This document shows, piece after piece, positions 1-11,808 of a DNA stretch of 64,000 nt. The stretch is from Squalus acanthias (Eukaryota): assembly GCA_030390025.1 (NCBI GenBank), contig CM059427.1:158720001-158784000 (forward strand), written 5' to 3'. Both the position numbers and the translations under genes were made by a program. The stretch's first letter is position 1, and each line of letters begins with the position of its first letter. The notes beneath the pieces were generated by a model. The model worked only from the letters and a program-made list of their open reading frames with translations. It was not told the DNA's origin and made no database searches.

Positions 1-45
1 TCCAATCCTCAGGCTTACAATTTTTGGCAAATTTAAAGACATCCA

Positions 46-358
46 TTTATATAGCGCCTTTCACAACCTCAGGATGTCCTAAAGTGCTTTACAGTCATTA
101 AGTACTTTTGAAATGTAGTTACTGTTGTAATGTAGGAGATGCAGCAGCCAATACACACACATTGCACACAGCAAGTTCCCATAAACAGCAATGTTATAAT
201 GACCAGATAATCTGTTTTAGTGATGTTGGTTGAGGGATAAATATTGGCCAAGACATCAGAAAACTCCCCTGCTCCTCTGAATAGTGACATGGGGTCTCAG
301 ATGGCATGGTTTAACCTTCATCAGACTCAGAGGCGAGAGTGCTACCACTGAACCACGA
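46..358 (-). mobile_element. tRNA-derived Deu-domain SINE (SacSINE1-like), internally deleted
   Basis: Reverse complement matches the full copy at 12959-13420: tail GTGAAAGGCGCTATATAAATG, core ATTGCTGTTTATGGGA..TGCTGTG..ATTGGCTGC, and a tRNA-like head near 320-358. Confidence 0.75.
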
Positions 359-914
359 CTACCTTTCTTGGCCAAGAGGGTTTAACTTGAAGCAATGATG
401 GAAAAGCTTCAGAAAGCACGAGCAGATGGCTGTGAGTGGACAGCATCTAGCTGGACGCTCCTCAGCAAAAAAAGTGGTCACTAATTTGGGCCAGTGCCTT
501 TCTATTGTAGTATCCTTTGGAAGTAGTTCAACTTTCCTGACCTACTCATTCTCTTTATGATCTGGTGTGGCTTTAAGCTGTGCTTTACTGCAAACAGCTT
601 TTTCTGTGCCAGTTCTTATTGCTATAATGTTTAAGTATTTTCGCTGGTCCTTTAGATCTCACTGTGCCTTTGCTGTGTAGAGGAACTGAAGCCCTATTTC
701 AGATTGAGACTTTATTGGTAAGTAATGTGCCATTCGTGCACAATGTCTCCACCTTGATCAGGGCATATGAAGGGGGTGTGGGGGTTGAGGAGAATGATTT
801 CAAACAGAGCGGCAGCCAATACACACACATTACACACAGCGGTGTGAGGTGCTTTGGGATGTTTTACTATGTGAAAGGTGCTATATAAATGCAAATTGTT
901 GTTGACAATTGGCG

Positions 915-1047
915 CTTTCGAGACTGAGATTGATAGATTTTTTTTTCCAGGGATATGGAGCTATTGCAGGTAAATAGAGTTAAAGTACAGATCTGCCATG
1001 ATCTAATTGAATAGTGGTGCAGGCTTGAGGGGCTGAATTGCTTACTC
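915..1047 (+). mobile_element. CR1 LINE 3' end fragment
   Basis: GAGATTGATAGATTT..GGGATATGG..GCCATGATCTAATTGAAT..GAGGGGCTGAAT..CTACTCCT, the same 3' UTR as the CR1 copies ending at 21098, 42465 and 47296. Confidence 0.7.
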
Positions 1048-2628
1048 CTATTCCCATGTTTCTATGTACTGAGGTATTTGGCTTCTAGAGGGGGATATAA
1101 TTTATATAGAGACAAATTTTATAAGAAAAACCCTTTTGGGAAAAATCTGTTGAACACCATAAGTCCTTACCAATAAATGGGTCCTATAACACCTACCTTT
1201 GATGCCTTGCATTGTTGTATTACTTTTTAAAATGTGAAGCTCAGTATGACCGAATTACTTAGTGGAGGATAATTCTTGCTACAAGAATTTTGAAGCTTGA
1301 TTCCTTATATATGTTAGAATCCAGTTTGCCTAACTCTATGTTCTTGACTGTGCCTCGAGTAAGCAGTAGCCTAACTCCATTGCTGTGGTGTAGGAGCATT
1401 GCACATCACATACATAAAGGGGAGTGGGAGAAAATGGGTTCTGTGATGCACTCTTTCTACAAGCTGTAGACTTTGTGAGACATTTGAAGTTATCGGATTA
1501 GACCTACTACACAGCATCTTGACTTTCGCCTTTGGAGACTGACTATAGCACAAATTAGAGAATGCTAACACTTTTTGGAATTGCCTGATAGAACTGTATT
1601 GTGACACAATCCTTAAAAGGGTTTATGATTATGACCTTATCACTCAGCCAAGATTGTTTTGTGGGCTGTCTGGCAATATTTCCCTGAACCTCTACACGGG
1701 AAATTGATTCATCTGTCCTTCATATTTCCAAAAGGTGTTCTCTGGTGTCAGGAAAACTCTTTGCAGGCTGCCTTGGTTCAAAAATTTTTGGCATTTGGAG
1801 TGAATTGTATATTTGCTGTTATTTAGTGACATTATTTAGTGACATGAAATTCCTACGGTTATTGCTCTTTTCTTGGAATATTTTTCCAGCAATGTCAGAG
1901 ATCGTCATGCAGATGTATCTGATTATATCTAATGTCCTCACTGAATGATCTGGATTGGTATGTGTGGGGGAGAATGAAGGAAGTCCCTATTATCTTTCCT
2001 TCCATCTGATAGTCCCTCTCGCCTCCTATTCTGGAACTGCTCTGATCTTTTCCTTAGTACACTATATAGGTTATAACACAGTGGCAATTGTCTCTGGCTG
2101 CAAGTATGATGCAGCAGTGTAAAATAAGATGCAGAAGTGTCAACACTGGACTTCACTTTATACATTTATCTACTATTGTACACAAATGCAATTTTTTTCC
2201 TTTGTGTAAATATGATGCATTACTTTATTTATGTACTTGCAAATTATTGAAAATAATGTTTTGTAATTTCCCCTAACTTGTACATCTCAGCACCTGCGAA
2301 TGAGTAGACTGGTGGAGGGGAGGGGGGGCAGAATGCTTAGTTAACCGCTGAGATGTTGTATGCAGCCCTCCAAAGAATGATTCAAACATTAATTTCATAC
2401 CTGAACATTTTTGTGAAGATAATTAGGTGAAAAAGCTGTCAATAAAGGTAAACTTTAAAAGTATATTGTGCCCATGTAGTGCTGTGTGGTCTGAGCAGTG
2501 TGTTGGCCACTAGCGGCACTGTGCGGAGTGAGTACTGTGCTGCACTTGGGGAGTACCATATGGATTCAGCAGAGCATTGCATCGTGACAGGAGTCCTTCT
2601 TACTGTCAGACATTTTATTTGTTCCTAG

Positions 2629-2766
2629 AATATTGAAGGAGAGCCTGGACAAGTAGTTTACATCGGTGACATGGTCCCAGACAGATGTACGAAAAATGAT
2701 TTAATCCACCTTGCTGAGCTCTTTGGGAAGATTACTAACACCTTGCTATACAAAGCGAAGGGTGAG
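2629..2766 (+). CDS. Gene A exon: N-terminal half of a matrin-3-type RRM (NIEGEPGQVVYIGDMVPDRCTKNDLIHLAELFGKITNTLLYKAKGE)
   Basis: Acceptor ttttatttgttcctAG, donor GAG|GTAAGC, 138 nt, phase 0/0, open. Aligns by eye with matrin-3 RRM2 ([31 protein letters not shown]), with the intron at the same position. Confidence 0.85.
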
Positions 2767-4793
2767 GTAAGCACAAGCACTGACTAAACTGGGATCAATT
2801 TGAATTACATCAGTGCATGGAAGTGTAATATCCATTCATTCACAGCCTCCACATATCATGAGGATAAGCCCAGGTTATTAAGGAAGAGAATTGCAGAAAC
2901 AATACCCCATTTAGACATTTTGGGAAACTAGATAGTACAGTGAGCTAGTAGCTTACCATCCAATATCTGGCTAATTGTAGTGAGCCATGAGGTCAAACAG
3001 CAACCCTTGTCACTGTATTGGCTTACTGGGCATATCATGTGCCCTCGCATAATTTAATTGATTTGGGAAAGTGTAAGACCATGACTTAGGCTTTAAACTA
3101 CTAAATAGTTTTATTGCAAATAAATTAACTGCAGCAAAGGCCGCCACAGATTTACTGAAATGTACAGAACTTGTCTACTCCTTGAACTTAAAAAAGGGCA
3201 GGTAGAGAAACCCTGCATTAATAGTGACAGTAAACCTGGACCTCATAATGTCCTATAGCCCTCTCTGTATGTCTGTGTCTCTCTATGCCTCCCTCCCTCT
3301 TTCTCACACAGTTTCAGAAGGATTGATGAATTAGGGGAAGTCTGCCTGAGATGTATGTTCAAACTCATTCAAAGCTTAGCCAAGAACAAAGGATATTAAA
3401 TATGTATCTCTTATTGTTGCATCAGGCTGACAAACATCCACATAATGTTAAGCTGATTATGGCTCTGATGCTGAGACTATCCAGTTTCATGTGATTATAA
3501 CAATCCCTTTCAAATTATAAATGGCAAGCAAATAAATGAGAATACAAGTTCAGGATTTTGACTCTGTTCCTGGTTAGCTGTGTATCAAATAGACTAGGTT
3601 ATTTGACAGATCAAACAAAAAATTCTACTGTGAACTAAATGCTCTATTTTGTCACATGTACTTTATGTGTAAATTAAGCTTGGGCTTTCTTAATCCAGCT
3701 CCTAGCACAAAACTGCCCGTGGGAAGTATTTGTCATGAGATTGTCATAAGGATGTCTGTGGCGGAAATAGATCAATGTTCACAGTTACAGTAGAGATTAC
3801 TCTTTTCAGGTTAGGATTACAGGACAATTTTTGAGCAAGTAGAAGGGGCTTTGCTGAACGATGGCAAATGCTTGCCGTTGACAGTGGATGGCTAAAAGGG
3901 GAAAATAATTTAATTTCCCAGCATTGATATATTTCACTTTGATCAGCACAAAAATAAATAGCCACTTTTGAGTGTTGACGATATTAGAACACAAGTCCTG
4001 CAACTCTTCCTCTCGTGCTGTGTAAAAGGCATGCCCTTTCTAGGTATCATTTCTTTCTCCATTATCTCATCAGACCACTCATTTGCAGTTTCTTACATTG
4101 GTGACATTTTCATTTTGCAGTCTACTCAGTTTATTTTTCCTGAAGAAATGAAATGTCACCGCTGAACTATATGCCAATTGCCACCTTGGCCCTCAACAGC
4201 CATTCGCAGTGCATGCTGAGCTGCTTTTCATGTGAGCATGATGAAGCCACATGCTATCCCTCAATTACACCATGAGTCTGGAAGGGCCATCTGAAGTGTA
4301 AAACCACCTTGGCTTACCATTCAGGTTATGTCCACTGAACTTCAAAGTAAGCTGTAGGTTTGGGCAGTGCGTTATTACCTAGGTTTAGTCCTCTGTTGCC
4401 TGCTGCTACAGTGGAGGGCAATATTCCAGTGAAATAAAATCTTGAAGTGGGCATTATTTTTTTGCTTCTTCTACCTTGGTACCACAAATGCTGATGACAA
4501 CTATGGGCTCTGGCTTAGACTCAGTCTAGCACTGATACTTATTCTGACTTTTCGGGCAGATCGTTTCATTTTCAAACTTGAAACAAACACAATTTATTCC
4601 CTTCATCATCTTATAAACCTTGATCAAATCACACGTCCTATAAACCTACAGTCTAGAATTCTGTGTACTGACAGTGATTTATGTTGCTTGAATTAACTTT
4701 CTGTATTGTTATCTAGACTTGGCTATGCAAGATGTTAAAAATCTTTAGCATTTTTACAGATTTCTGCCTATATTAATTTGTGTGTGTTTTAAG

Positions 4794-4925
4794 GGATATG
4801 TGGAGTTGTCCCACAGTGCAGCAGCTCAAGCCATGGTGAAGTTTTACCAAACAAAGCCACCTGTTATTCAAGGCAATGTCATCAGAGTGGAATTGAGCCA
4901 GAAATACAAGAAGCTGAGCGTGAAG
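4794..4925 (+). CDS. Gene A exon: C-terminal half of the RRM (GYVELSHSAAAQAMVKFYQTKPPVIQGNVIRVELSQKYKKLSVK)
   Basis: Acceptor gtgttttaAG, donor AAG|GTATTT, 132 nt = 44 codons. Same length and end motif as the matrin-3 RRM2 exon AFIEM...VKVDLSEKYKKLVLR. Confidence 0.9.
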
Positions 4926-5410
4926 GTATTTTGCATATATTTTTATATATATGTGGGACAGTCAAGTCAGTGTTAGCTGCACCCTAAATTACATGAAACT
5001 CGCTTCTCTTTCGTGCATGATGTTAATAACAGGGATAAAGTGCATCACCTATAGCTGTGAACTGAAAACATTTCTCAACCAAAACAGGTGACTTAAGAAT
5101 GGGAGGCAATACTATAGTTTGGTCTGGTAAAAGAAAAATGACTAACAATCCTGGGACTTGGCCAGCCAGAGTAAGAATGATGGGCAACGTTGAGGAGTAT
5201 CCAATCAAAACAGCCAAGTCACCTGGTTTGGCTGGGCAAGTAATGTACTTTATGTTATGAGCAGGAAAAGCTTTTCTAGACTGTCAGCCATGCAAAAATG
5301 GAGAACTCTGTGAATCCAACCATCCCACTAACCTGGACGGAGAACTACAGGCAGCAGGGAGTGGATATGAAATGTCGCGTCAGAATAATGCTTGGTAGCA
5401 GGAATTCATC

Positions 5411-5830
5411 AGGCCAGATTTTAACCCTCAGTGCCCGACAAGAACAGAGCGTAGGGTGGTTAAAATCGGGGGAGTGGGGTACTCACCTTGTTCATGCCGC
5501 ATTTTGAGTAGCATCGATTCCCTCGCTGCAGGCAGGCGAGGGTCTCATAAATATGCAGAAGTTGGGGTCCTATAATGTAAATAGGACCCCAGTGTGATTT
5601 TTAACGCACAGTTGTGCGTTTGGCACCCACAGCCAACCTTGCCAGGGAAGCCTGCCGCAAAGCAGAAGCAAGCCTAGAAGAGGGCCAAGAAGGTAACTTT
5701 TTATGTTTCCTTGTGAACCAGGAGGAGCAGGAGTGCTCCTCCGGATATCATAAGGAAACCATAGGCCTTCCCTGCCCTGGCCCCCTCCCCCAACTGTCAT
5801 CACCTCCGGGAATCCCCACCCCAAGGCACT
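5411..5830. mobile_element. Probable truncated GC-rich non-autonomous DNA transposon (Harbinger-like end)
   Basis: Starts GGCCAGATTTTAACC with a nearby inverted GGTTAAAATC, similar to the MITE termini at 18446 and 36549. No matching right end found. Confidence 0.35.
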
Positions 5831-6318
5831 TATCTATTAAAATTGAGACTACAGTGTTTGTATCAATAGTTGATGTTTCTATTCCTTAAACCGCAAGGGG
5901 AGAGAGCAAGGTTGTTTATTTTTCAAAAGAATAAACGAAGCATGCATTTAGTGTAGCAGTTTCAACTTTGATGTATAATTGACATGGGTTTATGGAGATT
6001 TGACATTTCATTGCCAATTGAGCCAGTAGAGGAAGCATAATTGTAGCTCCAGTTGAGATCCTGTTCAGGAAACTAAACAAGACCAAGAAAAGCATAAGTC
6101 GACCAAAATGGAGCTTTATTTTCTACAACCCTACAGAATGCGTTTGTCAGACTGAAAACCAGCAAGATGTGGACTACTCTTAAATGAGCATTAGTATAGT
6201 ACTGAAACTGTCACTCCTTATTGTGTTCATTAGTACCACATGTTAATTTAAATGAAAAGGCAATGCCAGACTGTGAATGGTTGGTAATAATAACATTTAT
6301 ATTGATTTGTCATTACAG

Positions 6319-7231
6319 TTTCCTGAATGGGAACCAACTGCTGGTATCATGCCTCCTTTTGCAGTACCTCAGCACAGAAAACTTGGTATTCCTCAAAATA
6401 CATCTGCGCCTGAAGAGGACATTTTAGCACCAACAAGCACCCCAAATTTAGCTGAGCTTAGGGCTAAATATTCAGCACAGCTGCTGAGGTGGGCCAAAGT
6501 GCCGCTTGAGGGCAATATGCCATTTAAAAATAAGAGGTGGGCTCCTCAAACCTATGAAGGGAAAGAACTTGACTGTGTCAGATTCTTACCGTATGCTTTC
6601 AAAGCTCCGATGCTAGAAACTCATGAACAATATTTACGAAGTATTACCGGGACTCCTGATATGTATGAGTTAGATACACCAAAGATAGATGATGCATTTA
6701 TTCAACTCCTGGTTGGTAAAAAAGTTATACGTTCACGTGAGGATCTAGATAAGCAGTTAGGTGAACCAGAGAGGGTGTTGTGTAAGGCACAGTCAAAAGT
6801 AGCAGAAATTGTAGGTCCGCTTATAGTTGCCATACAGAAGTATGAATTGGATGAATTGTCTGGAGAATTAGATTCCCTTACTACAGAACAACTGAAAGAG
6901 AGACTGCAGTCAACAGTAATTTCATGTCATCAATCGATTGTCTGCGCTGGACAGACTCACCGCTGGTTGACCAGCCTTCGGTCTGAAAATTTGTTGCAGT
7001 TATTCAAATTCGGCAAAACACCTGTCAAACCACAAGAAAATCCAAATATGATGTCATCCAACCTACTAGGTGCTGAAATTGTAGAACAGTTACAAAAAAG
7101 GGGTAAAGTTTTGAAGCGTGTGACCGCCGTACCAGCAGTGGAGATAAAGCCAATCATCAATGTAAACAAGAAGAAGAAAAAACAGCAGAGGTGGCAACTA
7201 CCATATTACCGCAATTCATTCAGAGGCCGTG
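6319..7231 (+). CDS. Gene A large exon: 304-codon domain resembling DIRS retrotransposon Gag/ORF1 (LAP2alpha-like), with a basic NLS-like stretch
   Basis: Acceptor ttgtcattacAG in phase 0 with the previous exon; donor CGTG|GTGAGT in phase 1; no stops over 913 nt. Motifs TPKIDDAFIQLL, LCKAQSKVAEIVGPL, QSIVCAGQTHRWLTSLRSENLL, NLLGAEIVEQL, KKKKK, FRGR. The exon call is strong; the DIRS assignment rests on motif recall only. Confidence 0.8.
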
Positions 7232-7460
7232 GTGAGTCTCTTTCTTGTTTGTAGAGGGGGAATAAAAGGGGAACAAAAACTAAGAATGGGGGGAAAAGTT
7301 TTTTTTTAGCTTACCTTTGCACCTTCCCCACAACTATAAATTTGCTCTGGTCTTCAAACTGCACTACCTCTTGCCAGTACCAACTTGATCGTATGAGAAC
7401 TATTTTTTGCTATTTCTATTTGTTGCATGTATATACTTTCAAGATTTAATTCGATACCGC

Positions 7461-7483
7461 ATCAATCAATCAATCAATCAATC
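7461..7483. repeat. (ATCA)n microsatellite
   Basis: atcaatcaatcaatcaatcaatc. Confidence 0.9.
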
Positions 7484-8228
7484 CTCTGTCTGGCCCTACC
7501 CAAGGGCCCATAAATCTTTGCCAAGCCCCACTTTCCAAATCCAAGGAGCAATTCAGTGCTGTCGCTTACAATTGGATTGAGGGCGTGAATGGGAGTAGAT
7601 TAGAGCAATTCCTGGTGGAGGAATTGAGGCCTTTCTGGGTGAAGATGCCTCAGATCATCCTTCAGCCATTGATTGTACTGGCACTGCAGGTTAAATTGGC
7701 GGAGCAGTGGTGATAGTCCAGGAAAAGATCCAGCAATCTGTTTTAGCAGAAAAAGCAGATTGTTTCTGGCACAAGCTGAAAAGTTTAAGTTTTTTTTTTC
7801 TTATACTTTAAGTGTTACGGGATAATTTAAACTTCAATAAGTAATTTGGATAAGGGATTTTTAAAGTTTGATTTGAAAAAAATATATATACAAAATCACG
7901 GTTAGATCAAGTCGTTTATAGCTTGTTAAAAGGATACGGAATATATTGTCACTTTAGGAGAAAGTATTGTAAGTTTTGCTATTAAATTTAAGTGGAAATT
8001 ATCGTGTTACTGACAATTTAGTGGAAGTACTATAAGTTTTTTAATAAATCTAATGAGAAAATTGTAAGATTTACTGCAATGTAGTCATTTTTGAATATAG
8101 ATATGCAGTTAAGATCAACCCTCGGCTATAATAGATATGTAGTCATTGCAACAGGAAAGTTCAGAGAACTGTTGTATGACGTTTACTAATTTAAAAATGA
8201 AGCAGAGGGTGGTGGAATTAAAGACTAA

Positions 8229-8862
8229 GGGGGAAAAATTGAGTCGCGCCCCCTTTGGGGCACTAACTTCACTGGGGCGCTACTTTCAGCACCCCGAAAA
8301 AATTAGCGCCCCCGCAGCCGATTTTCCCAGGTAGCACCCCGAGAGGGAGGAGGGGTGCTACTGGAAGTGCCCCGCGTCCCTCTTGGGGCGCTGCGAGTCA
8401 ATATCGCGGCGCTACTTGCAGGGGAGGGGCCTTGCGCAGGGCAACCTGGGGCCCAGCTGGGCCACCGGGGATCGGAGTGCCGGCAAAAGAGCCCGGCACT
8501 CAGGGACCGCAGCTTCTCAGAAGGCCGGAGACGGCAACGGGGGCAGGTGCTGGCAGGCGGCCAGCAACAAAAATGGCCGCCCGGCACCTTGCCTTTAATT
8601 AGTGCCACCCCGGCCGCAGGTAGGCCCCCCTGACCCCATCGGACATAGCGTCCGGCGGTAAGTCAGGGGGCGCTACCGAAGATCGTGAGCGGGGCGCTGC
8701 GCACAGCGATGACGTCATTGCCGACGGCGCAGTGCGCTAACGGTTACCGCCGCCGCTAACCTCCCGCTGAATTTCGCGGAGGCGCTGGCGATGCCATGCC
8801 CGGGCGCTAGTTGCTTTCTTAGGGCGCTAACGGGAGGCGCAAAGCAACCGAATTTTTCCCCC
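8229..8862. mobile_element. PIF/Harbinger-type MITE, GC-rich
   Basis: TIRs GGGGGAAAAATT / AATTTTTCCCCC flanked by a TAA target-site duplication (8226-8228, 8863-8865). CpG-rich interior with repeated GGCGCTA motifs. Confidence 0.85.
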
Positions 8863-9225
8863 TAAGACTGATTTGTATTCTAGAAATTAATGAATATCAT
8901 AGGTTTATAGATAAGTTTGTAGGAAACAGCAGGGGGAGGGTATATTGGATTCAGATGGAGATCAGCTCAACATGGGGCACAACTGGAGGGGGAGAATAAG
9001 GAAATTATTAGGGAAGCGGTGATGAATAAAAATACTTGTAGTGGAGGCAAAGAATGGGCTACACTTGGGAAGAGCAGTAAGGAAAATAGCAAGAATAGAG
9101 GGATAGCACAGAAAATAAAAGTGTTGTATGGTTTGCAGGCATTGGAAATGTTAGACGGAAGAAGGAATTGAAGTCTGAGCAGCATAGTGATAAAAGCTGA
9201 GAGAGAATAAAGGATTCAGTGATGC

Positions 9226-10176
9226 CACAAACTCCATTCCTAGCCACCGACTCCATCCCTCTCCCTGGCAACTGTCCGAGGCTGAACCAGACTGACTTGA
9301 CTATTCCAACGCACTCCTGGCTGGCCTCCCACATTCTACCCTACGTAAACTTGAGGTCATCCAAAACTCGGCTGCCTGTGTCCTAACTCGCACCAAGTCC
9401 CATTCACCCATCCACCCCTGTGCTTGCTGACCTACGTTGGCTCCCGGTTAAGCAACACCTCAATTTCAAAATTCTCATCCTTGTTTTCATATCCCTCCAT
9501 GGCCTTGCCCCTCCCTATCTCTAATCTCCTCCAACCCCCCCCGCCCGAGATATCTACGCTCCTCTAACTCTGCCCTCTTGAGCATCCCTGATTATAATCG
9601 CTCAACCATTAGTGGCTGTGCCTTCTGTTGCCTAGGCCCTAAGCTCTGGAATTCCCTAAACCTCTCCGCCTCTCTTTCCTCCTGAAGACGCTCCTTAAAA
9701 CCTACCTCTTTGACCAAGCTTTTGGTCATCTGCCCTCATTTCTCCTTATGTGGCTCGGTGTCAAATTTTTGTCTTATAATACTCCTGTGAAGCACCTTGG
9801 GACGTTTTACTACGTTAAAGGCACTATATAAATACAAGTTGTTGTTGTTGTTCGCAACCTTGGTGTCGTATTTGACCCCGAGTTGAGCTTCTGACCACAT
9901 ATCTGCGTCATCACTAAGACCGCTTATTTCCACCTCCGTAACATCGCCCAACTCGGCCCCTGCCTCAGCTCATCTGCTGCTGAAACCCTCATCCATGCCT
10001 TTGTTACCTATAGACTTGACTATTCCAACAAACTCCTGGTCGGCCTCCCATCTTCACCCTCTGTAAACTTGAGGTCATCCAGAACTCGGCTGCCCCTGTC
10101 CTAACTCGCACCAATTCCCATTCACCCATCACCCCTGTGCTCGCTGACCTACATTGGCTCCCAGTTAAGCAACACC
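9226..10176 (+). mobile_element. L2 LINE 3' region with a second L2 3' fragment (about 9295-9850) nested inside it
   Basis: Colinear with the L2 at 52700-54870. The inner copy ends in a (GTT)n tail, after which the outer copy resumes at TTCGCAACCTTGG. Confidence 0.8.
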
Positions 10177-10184
10177 TGTTGCAT

Positions 10185-10385
10185 TGTCTTAAAAACCCAG
10201 CTGGTTCACTAATACTATTCAGGGAAAGGAACTTGGCCTACATGTGACTCCAGTCCCACCACATTATGTAGTTTACTTTAATCCTCTCTGACGTGGCCTA
10301 GCAAGTCACTTAGCTATAATAGGTCCACCGCTGCTTCTCAGCAACTAGGGATGGATGGGTTACCCACATCCCAAGAACAAATATC
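10185..10385 (+). mobile_element. Degraded SINE 3' part (same family as 44595-45042)
   Basis: CTGGTTCACTAAT..GTGACTCCAG..TGGCCTAGCAAG..CCCACATCCC shared with 44595-45042. Confidence 0.6.
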
Positions 10386-10777
10386 TTTTTTAAAGTATCT
10401 GTACAAGGTACTGCTATTCCTACACCTGGAGTACTGAGTACAGTTCTAGTTACTGTATTACAGCAGTGCAGAAAAGGGCAACCAAACTGATACCTAATTT
10501 ACGGCGTAGGTTGAAGCTTATTCTGGAGAAGAGAAGATGCACAAGAAATAATTCAAGAATTGACGAGGCTGGGTTGGAGCAAACGACAACATTTGGTGCT
10601 GTAGTGCGAGTTGAGGCTGGAGCAGGTAGAATCCCTGAAGCAGAGCTAATGGGAGGTTTGCAGTTAAGGGCTAGAGAACATCTGGAGAGAGAGCAGGTTG
10701 GATGGTGCCTGTATGTCAGGAGATCAAGCATAAAAGAGAGAGTAAGTGGCAAAGTGTGGGGTTTGGAGCTGCTGTGG

Positions 10778-10830
10778 TAGGGTTGCCAACCCTCCCAGAT
10801 TGTCCAAAAGTCTCCTGGAATTGACAGTTG
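10778..10830. mobile_element. Possible hAT-type MITE terminus
   Basis: TAGGGTTGCCAACCC is a typical hAT TIR start. No convincing partner TIR found. Confidence 0.3.
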
Positions 10831-11658
10831 AACCCAGGAGAAAAACTGAACTTTGCGCCTATGCACCTCAGACTCCAGGGGAGACCTACAAAATATCTCC
10901 ACAAAGGCAGCAAAATCCAGGCAATAACCAGGAGGGCGGGAAAGACCCTGCACGGTGGCAATATTGACTGCTGCTTTCCAATGCCGGATATTGTTGCAGG
11001 AGGATGGGGAGATTTTGGAGTTAGGGGAACCTGCACTCCCACTGAATATGATGATTGATCAAACCCCAATACTGGTATCATTGCAAAAATAACTAGCTGC
11101 TTTTTCTAAAAAAAAAACTACTTTATAATGTACCTGGAGCCAGCAGTGTTATTAAAAAAGTAGTGCTGCCTTAATTATTGTGATAATACCCACATTTGAG
11201 CCTCACTTTACATTCATATTTATTGCTGACATCTGTATGCTCCACGCAGGCTTGAGCCTCTCCACTTTCTCCCTCCTCGCCTTTTTACTGTCTCAAGGCT
11301 CCCCTCACTTCTTCGGAGTCCTAGACAGTGTACTGCTTTCTCGGTTGCTTGCTCCTGTCCCTGGCCCTCCAAGCCCAAGCTGGGGAGAGAGTAAGTGCTG
11401 AGATCAACCCCAAGGATTCTCTGGAAGAGGTTGAACTCTATTGAAGAATAAGGTACACTCTTACCTATGGTACTTAACTTTTACAACCTAGTCCCAAGGA
11501 TCAAAGTGAATTTGTGTTGGGAATTACGTGGATACAAGCCTATAACCAACTACTTCGAGACAGCTTGATATACCGTAGTGCTATATCACAACATTTAGCA
11601 AATGTTAAAATGTTTGTTGTTAATACCTATATTAATAGTCCTAATTGTTTTATTACAG

Positions 11659-11702
11659 GAAGATCATATAGAGGAAACCCGAGAGGACACCCTATCTTTT
11701 AA
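11659..11702 (+). CDS. Gene A last coding exon (GRSYRGNPRGHPIF*)
   Basis: Acceptor ctaattgttttattacAG with branch-like CTAAT. Phase 1 matches the donor at 7231, giving ...RNSFRGRGRSYRGNPRGHPIF, stop TAA at 11700-11702. Confidence 0.7.
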
Positions 11703-11808
11703 GAATATTCCTTGAAACCAGTAAGAACAAGATGATGTCCACTAGATCGCAGCAAAAGGAAACCCTCCCATTTTGTGGAAGTCTATTTTAGAACAGTTTT
11801 GTCAGTTG

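Noticed and set aside
656-717. Possible 62-nt exon (tttAG ... TTG|GTAAGT)
   Set aside because: The donor is good, but no reading frame resembles matrin-3 or another recognisable protein; unsupported without transcripts.
2504-2521. CTCF-like TGGCCACTAGCGGCACTG
   Set aside because: One base short in the core relative to CCASYAGRKGGCRS.
7232-8228. Search for DIRS RT, RNase H, recombinase or terminal repeats after the Gag-like exon
   Set aside because: No convincing motifs or long ORFs were found, so it is not called an intact DIRS element.
8229-8862. CpG island or GC-rich gene
   Set aside because: Bounded by TIRs and a TAA TSD, so it is a MITE; the overlapping ORFs reflect GC content.
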